DNA of 51,714 nucleotides. Source: Thelocarpon superellum (lineage: Eukaryota). Of this stretch, positions 46,719 to 51,714 are shown piece by piece; the first letter of the stretch is position 1; each line of letters begins with the position of its first letter. The translations under genes were made by a program, and so were the position numbers. Location of the stretch: the NCBI GenBank assembly GCA_026025795.1, contig JAPEUG010000086.1, positions 1-51,714 on the forward strand. Reading direction: 5' to 3'. The notes beneath the pieces are model-generated. The model was given only the letters and a program-made list of their open reading frames with translations, ran no database searches and had not been told where the DNA came from.

Positions 46719-48016
46719 CTAATATCCTTGCTCGTCCAAGGACGAAAGCTGTCGATGCCCCTCGGCCTGCATCTTGCGGATCCGGCCCACCACGAACTCG
46801 TACGTCAAGATGGTCGTCGTCGCCGCCGGCACCGCCCGGAGCATGTTGGTCCCCATGCCGCTGTAAAAGGCACGCCAGCCCTCTTCGCGAAGGATCGTCT
46901 TGAAGGTCCGAATGACCCCTCGATATCGCGGCGGAGACGGCGACGCCCCTCCAACGATACGTTGCAAGGGCTTGTCCATTCCCCCACGAAACGACAGGCC
47001 TTCGGGAGAAGTGACGGGAACGGAACGTTGCTGGGTCTGCAGCCGCGTCCGCAAGACCTCGTGCGGGTACGTCGCGGAGCTGGCGCAGACCTTGCTGACC
47101 ACCGTGGCCACGGACATGCCCACCCAGCTAGGGTGGTCTTTGCCCTCTCCCTTCTCGCCCATCTCCAGCCCCGTGAACTTGAACTTCAGATACTCGTATA
47201 AGGGGAATTGCACGGCCACGTGGGTCAGACCGAGCAGGGCCGGCGTGAGACCCGAGTAGAAGGACAGGATGCCTTCGTGCTGGTACATCTTCCGCGCCGC
47301 GTCCCACGTCGACTTGTATTGCCACGGCGGCCGGACGCCGCGATGGTTTTGCGCATTGACCTGTGACATCAGTCGCGTCTTGATCACCCAGATCGGGTTG
47401 GTGATCATGGTGGAACAGGCGCCTGCGGTCAAGGACGCCAGGAATTGTGACAGGGTCTTGTTGCTGCGGGTTGTCGGTTCATCTATGCCCTTGCGTTAGA
47501 TAGAGTCCATTGCCCGTACCCGGCGTGCGCCATACCTTCGCCCAGCTTCCCATACCAGTATTCCTTGGAGGAGTCGTACACGGTGAAGTAGACGGCCCAC
47601 GTCGGGAAGTAGCCCAGGATGATGGGGAAGAGTCCGCGGTACATGCCTCGAACGCCCTCCTCGCGCCAGATCGACCCGGCCGTGCCGACGAGGCCACGAT
47701 AAGCCGTCGCGGAAGAGGCGCCCAAGTCCGACTTGGAGGTCTGAAAGCCGCCCTGCGCCTGGAGTTTCGTCTTGATGACGTCCAGTGGACACGTCACGAT
47801 GCCAGATGCCAGTCCGCCTATGGCTCCGCTGATCGAGTTGACGACTGGATTGGACATGCGAGTCGAGAGGATCTCCAGCCGCGTGAAAGGAGCTTGATAC
47901 GCGGGCAGCATAGCCGGGATGTTAGACACCCCCTGGTCCTTCCCCGAGGAGGCATCATGGCTTCGTGCGTTGGTTGACGGTGAAGGTGATGACGATGATG
48001 GATCATCCGAAGGCAT
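46719..48016 (-). CDS. Mitochondrial carrier, NAD+ transporter type (Ndt1/Yia6-like)
   Basis: Three carrier signatures (CPLDVIKTKLQ, NPIWVIKTRLM, YPHEVLRTRLQ); PTWAVYF; HVAVQFPLYE. Intron 47483-47535. Confidence 0.88.
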
Positions 48017-49206
48017 GTCGAAGGTCGAGAGGTCGAAGTGCTGTCCACGCTGTCGTAAAAGTCGGGGCCGACGTGCCACCACCGACCTTCGTCCTCACTC
48101 TGGATTCTCGTGCGGGGTGGAGGCGGCCCACGCAGCGCTGGCGATGGACGGACTGCTAGCGACGGAGCCAATCCATTCGCGAGACTCGGCGCTGAGAGGA
48201 CTCTGGGCGAACGGCGGATGCTGGAAGACTCAAGGGCGGCAGCGGGGCCTCGCGCGTCGACGTAGCGGGTAATGTGGACTCGGTGCAGGGCCGGGACGAG
48301 AAGATTGGTGCTGTCGGGAGGAGATGAGCTGCCGACGCCCGCGGGATGAGGTGCCCCTCCCTCTGCCAGCGACGATCATAGGAAGGAACAGCGCGGCCAA
48401 TGAGTCTCCTTCACCCACCGCGTGCAGTGCGATCTGTAGCCCACGGTCAATTGGACACAAGAGTGCATGCCACGGTGCACCAAGCTCCGAACTTGCGCAC
48501 GCACCGAAGTGTGGGCCGAAGGAGCCGGCAGAAGGGTTCGAGGGAAGCGGAGGGGAGCTCGAGATTCACAAACGTTAACCGGTGGGTACTGCGACAAGTA
48601 TGTTAGCGAAGCGCTCCAAAGGCGCATGGCGCGCTAGCGAAGAGGCCGCTTGGTCCCGGACCGCAGTGACGAGCAATGCTCAGTGAGAGCACTTCGACAA
48701 GCACGTGAGCAAAATAGAGGCGCCGCGATGGCAGAGACGTTTCAGCGGCGGGGTGAACGTCAGTGCGTCCCCCAAGCTGAGGGGCAGCCAATCGAGTTCC
48801 GAAAATCTACTTATGCCTACGAGATGCTGCTCCATCCATCTGCTCGTACGTTTCCTTGTGAGTTGGGGATCATTGAGCCGTCCGATTCTCGGTTACGCCC
48901 TTTGCCGGTAGTTTTGATCTCATGATCCGTACTGCATGAGCTGTTCCTTGGAGCTATCACACCCTTACTGAAGACATGGTCGAGATAGGAAGAGAATAGT
49001 CAGAGCCACCTCTGCGTAGCAGTGAAGCAGCAGCGTTCCAGTACACGGTTTGAGCGACGCCGGAGAGGATCGAGCGACAGCCGAGCCTGACCTTACGTAA
49101 TCCCGATGGCATCTTGCACCTCGCATTCGCATCGACAGCCGCATGGTTAATTGATTCCGACGACTACCCGCTCCCCAGACTCGCCCATTACCTCCCTCGC
49201 CCCGTA

Positions 49207-49806
49207 ATGTCTGCACCGACTCTTGCCCCATTCATCTTGAAGCGGCCTTGGCTGACGCGGGCGCTGACCCCGCTGGCCAACTGGTATTCCGATGCCGCCG
49301 GATACCGGAAGCTGGGCCTCCGGTAAGCCCTCGTCTCTTGCCCGACCGTTCCAACGTGCGCAATGGAGACACGATTGCCCTCGACATGCGGATCTTGGAA
49401 GGATATGCTGATGAACGTGTCAGGGTGGACGATCTGCTTCCCGAGGAGAATGAGACCGTTCAATTAGCCCTCAAGCGGCTTCCGCCCAAGGAAGCGTACG
49501 ATCGTGTCTTCCGGCTGCGACGGGCCGTCCAGGTACCTTGCCCACGGATGGATCATGCGTGTCAATCGGCTCACCGATGTTCAGTGCTCGGTTTCTCACC
49601 AATTACTCCCCAAGGATCAGCAACTCAAACCCGAAGATGTGCGTACCGGCTCCATACGTCTCGTGGACGGGTGTATGTGAGGGTTGGTTCGCTAACGACG
49701 CGTGCGGTAGGATGTCCGCTACCTGACGCCCATCATTCAAGAAATCGAGGCCGAACAGAAGGAGCGTGGCGACTTGGAGGCCATGGTGGTGGCCCGCAAG
49801 AAGTAG
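49207..49806 (+). CDS. QCR7: Cytochrome bc1 complex subunit 7
   Basis: Spliced [30 protein letters not shown]...YDRVFRLRRAVQCS...YLTPII. Introns 49323-49423, 49533-49584, 49639-49710. Confidence 0.95.
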
Positions 49807-50035
49807 AGATGGTTGTGCGATGTTCAGACTGTACGCGGGGAAGCACAATTGGGAAGACACTAGACTGTACTGTAGCGGCAAATGGTTCGGGGTCTTGATC
49901 GAAGCCCACGAAGTCGAAATGATATCATACACTGATGTGCTGCAATTCTCTCCCGACTTGGAGATGATGCTACATGCAACAGCCATCTCTCTACCAGAAT
50001 GATGCGTGCCGAGGGGCATGCTTCCTTTGTTGTCC

Positions 50036-51365
50036 TCAGGTGGCCGAGCTGTTCTGTACCGCATCCACGTCCACGTTCTCGAACCGCCACATGTACCACA
50101 TGAAGAGACTCCTGTGACGGTCAGTCAAGAGCTATGTCGTTTCATCGTTGTCCAAACCCACCGATAGGGAGCAAACTTGGCCGAGTGTTCGAGCATGTCC
50201 TTCTCCGACATGTATTTCCACTTGCCGCCGCCTCTGGCCTTTAACTTGCTCACGTCTTTACCTGTATACGCCGCTAGGCCACGTCTGTGCGTCATGTTCA
50301 GTCTGGAGATCTCCCATCGACGGCCACACCACTCACTGCACTCCCAAGTCTCCAGTCGAGAAGACGTCTAAGCGCTTCAGGCCGAAGAAGGCAAACATCT
50401 CGACCGACCAGCGGCCGAGGCCGCGTACGGCGGTCAATCTTTCCAACACCTCCTCGTTGCTAGCCTTCAGTAGCATGTCGGTAGTGAGATCGCCGTTGGT
50501 AAACTTCTCGGCCAGTCCCTGGATGTACTCGGCCTTCCGGCCGGAGAGCCCGGCGCTTCGCAGGCGGCTCATCTCGCACGCGGCGACCTGAGAAGGGGTG
50601 GGAAAGACGTGTGCAGTCTCTTCCGTGACGTTTGGATGAACATCATTGAATAAGGCAATGAAACGGGTTTTGATGGCTTTGGCCGCCGCACCAGATACCT
50701 AGAGTCATCCCGGCTGAATATGGTTCGTCGAGGTCCACGGCTGTGGCGGCACTGACCTGCTGGGCGATGATCCCGCTCGTCAAAGCCTGGAAAGGATCGG
50801 TTTTTTCGGCCAGCCCGGCCGGTGAGAAGGTGTGGCAGTGATGTTTGTCGATGAGTGGCTTCAATCCGGGATCTACCTTGATCAAGTGCGCGCACGCTTC
50901 TCGTAAGATCTCGTTGGTACTCGTCGTTGACCGCGAGAGCTTCGACAGTGACGGCGAGGCTTTGACGAGATCCTCAGATAACGCCACCACTCTTGACGTT
51001 TGCGGGGAAATGAGCGGCGCGTTGGTCCGATGAGGTTCTGCCAATCGGTTGCGTGGTGGTGGTGGTGGGGTTGCTCCGTCCGCGTCCTGTGCGTTAGTAT
51101 CTGTCGTGGCGGCCGCAGTCGCACTTGGCTTCTTCCGCGGACGCTGTCGTGAAGCTGATGCCGCCTCGGGCTCCTTGATCTCGGGCCCTTTGCGGGGTCG
51201 CACCGCTCTGGCCGTATTAGCAGCGGCACCCATCTTCTCGACGCGCCCGCTGGATGCGGTAGACGCTCCCTTTCCTCCCTGCCTCGTTGTCGGCCGCTTG
51301 GGCGTTGCATGCTTGCCCGCGGCCAATAAGCTCGCACCCCTTCGGGTTGATCGTGTCGCCGCCAT
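50036..51365 (-). CDS. MAG1: DNA-3-methyladenine glycosylase (HhH-GPD, AlkA family)
   Basis: GIIAQQVSGAAA, LRSAGLSGRKAEY, HhH motif VRGLGRWSVEMF, DVFSTGDLGVQRG, APYRSLFMWYMW. Introns 50699-50756, 50285-50336, 50112-50161; stop TGA 50036-50038. Confidence 0.92.
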
Positions 51366-51714
51366 GGGTAAAGAGTAACCTAATCGAAGCCAGAACCGAC
51401 CTATGCATGCATCATCTTGCCCGCATCTAGAGCGGCCAAATGCTACGGGGAGCTCATGGATCAGCGAATTGCTCTTGATGAAGGCCGTCAAATGACGTCG
51501 TCCGCTGTGTTGAGTCATTCCCGTTATTTGCCGACTTGGCCGCTGCCCCCACCTCCACCGCACGCACCATTTCCCCGTCGTTCTCTTTGCCCGCCGCTTA
51601 GCGACGCGGCTCCCCCCGTGTTCTCCCCTCGGGTTCGCCTGACACAGGGGCCCTCTTGAGTCGGAGCGGCTGGAGTGGAGCGGGCGGCAGGTAAGGGTGT
51701 TTGCGACAAGTAGC

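Noticed and set aside
1..51714. Transposons, CRISPR arrays, tRNA/rRNA, secondary-metabolite backbone genes
   Set aside because: No transposase/RT motifs, LTRs/TIRs, spaced direct repeats, cloverleafs, rRNA motifs or PKS/NRPS domains seen by eye.

Overview
Gene-dense, GC-rich chromosomal segment from a filamentous ascomycete (Pezizomycotina-like). Introns are mostly short (about 43-110 nt), GT-AG, with CTRAY branch sites. I reconstructed about 26 protein-coding genes by splicing by hand. Recognisable genes: ethanolamine-phosphate cytidylyltransferase, branched-chain aminotransferase, PPC decarboxylase, Grx5, eIF2B-beta, Nem1, Ups2/PRELI, peroxiredoxin Q/Dot5, a complex I 21.3 kDa subunit, a Zip3/RNF212-like RING protein, a DUF1761-like protein, a Yfh7-like P-loop kinase, a divergent Zn2Cys6 TF + NmrA/CipA-like reductase pair, dihydrofolate synthase, SepH/Cdc15 kinase (14 introns), an ABC1/ADCK1 kinase, a mitochondrial NAD+ carrier, Qcr7 and Mag1. 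There are also several hypothetical genes, including a 3-exon small gene that the ORF track does not show intact. I found no rRNA, tRNA, CRISPR array or recognisable transposon. Best leads: (i) a densely base-paired ~350-nt GC-rich element in the shared BAT/PPCDC promoter, a candidate unclassified structured RNA; (ii) the TF/reductase module with a palindrome-rich promoter; (iii) the hidden small gene and an orphan gene; (iv) a uORF with alternative 3' splice sites. Family assignments come from motif recognition and recall, not database searches.
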